Positions 62,877-64,000 of a stretch of DNA of 64,000 nucleotides are shown piece by piece; positions within the stretch are counted from its first letter, which is position 1, and each line of letters starts with the position of its first letter. Under the pieces are notes generated by a model. That model did no database searches. It had not been told where the DNA came from and was given only the letters and a program-made list of their open reading frames with translations. A program made the translations under genes and the position numbers. The stretch comes from Schmidtea nova (taxonomy: Eukaryota): positions 265,422,001-265,486,000 of the forward strand of contig CM097883.1 in the NCBI GenBank assembly GCA_044892505.1. Direction: 5' to 3'.

Positions 62877-64000
62877 GTAAGCAGAATAAATTGATTCCAA
62901 ATGTCTTGTATGGCAGCATTTAGAAAAAAAATCAAAAATATTAATTTTTAGAGCAAACAAATATTTTGTGAAATTAATTAATTTTTTTTCCTTAATTTTA
63001 AAAATAAAAATAATTAAAGATTTTATCAGAATAAATAATTTAAAATCAAATTATTTCAAATAATTAAATAAAATATTATAATAAATAAAAAAGTAAGCAG
63101 AATAAATTGATTCCAAATGTCTTTTATGGGCAAATTAAGAACAAATTTTAAAAATATTATTATTAGAACAAACAAATATTTCGTAAAATTAATTATCTTT
63201 ATCCTTATTTTTAAAAATAAAAATAAATAATAACTTAATAAGGATAAATAAATTGAATTAAAATTAATGTAAAATTACTAAATAAAAAAGTAAACAAAAT
63301 AAATTGATTCTAAAATGTTTTTATGGCAACATTTAGAAAAAAACTCAAAAAATATTAATTATTAGAACAAACAAATATTTTGTAAAATTAACTGTTTATC
63401 CATAAATTTAAAAATTAACATAATTAATGAATTTATCGGGAAAAAAAAATTTAATTAAAATTAATTAAAAAATAAATAAATGTTATAACTAAAAACTGAA
63501 AAAGTAAGCAGGACAAATTAATTCCAAATGTCTTTTGTAGACAAATTTAGAAAAAAAATTAAAAATATTATTATAAGAACAAACAAATATTTCGGAAAAT
63601 TAATTATATTTATCCTTAATTTTAAAAATAAAAATAATTAATAACTTAATCAGAAAAAAATAATTTGAATTAAAATTATGTAAAATAAATAAATAAAACA
63701 ATATAATAAATAAAAAGTAAACAAACTAAATTGATTCCAAAATGTCTTTTATGGCAACATTTAGAAAAAAACTCAAAAAATATTAATTATTAGAACAAAC
63801 AAATATTTTGTAAAATTAATTCTTTTTATTCTTAAATTTAAAGTAAACATAGTGAATAAATTTATCAGAATAATTTGAAATAAAATTAATTAAAAAATAA
63901 ATAAATGTAATAACTAAAAAATGAAAAGTAAGCAGGACAAATTAATTCCAAATGTCTTTTGTGGACAAATTTAGAAAAAAAAATAAAAATATTATTATAA
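62871..64000 (+). repeat. ~210-bp tandem satellite (at least 5.3 units) starting at the Hox exon 1 splice donor
   Basis: AAAAAGTAA(G/A)CA..A.AAATT.ATTC.AAA(A)TGT.TT recurs with GT at 62877, 63093, 63290, 63504, 63717 and 63928. Confidence 0.93.

Noticed and set aside
62877-62923. Treating the full 301-aa ORF 62018-62923 as a single-exon gene
   Set aside because: A strong GTAAGC donor follows the hexapeptide linker and the last 15 codons are the first unit of the intronic satellite; the TTG start was replaced by ATG 62036

Overview
This is an AT-rich eukaryotic draft-assembly window with four N gaps. It is most likely from a planarian or related flatworm, inferred from composition, 43-50 bp introns and the TE repertoire. 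Most of it is nested, decayed transposon sequence: piggyBac, Tc1/IS630, mariner, pogo, hAT, MULE, Helitron, Maverick-type pPolB relics, Gypsy, BEL/Pao, and a Penelope end with a hammerhead ribozyme. The best result is three small paralogous two-exon host genes hidden in this debris, at 4659-4900(-), 14170-14410(+) and 40976-41241(-). Each encodes a signal peptide followed by Y[EQ][LI]C-x22-C[IV]xxR[FY], with a phase-2 intron splitting the last Arg codon as in NPY/NPF genes. Each also has a TATA box 29-42 nt before the ATG. They lie upstream of exon 1 of a labial/Hox1-like gene (62036-62876, hexapeptide FQWMKIKR), whose first intron starts with a ~210-bp satellite that re-duplicates the splice donor. 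Also notable are a 7.8-kb TGGT...ACCA insert with a 5-bp TSD that splits a pogo transposase and carries a 434-codon orphan frame plus tandem miniature BEL/Pao units, and several unrelated long fold-back palindromes. No rRNA, tRNA or CRISPR was seen. All family calls come from motif recognition by eye; no database search was run.
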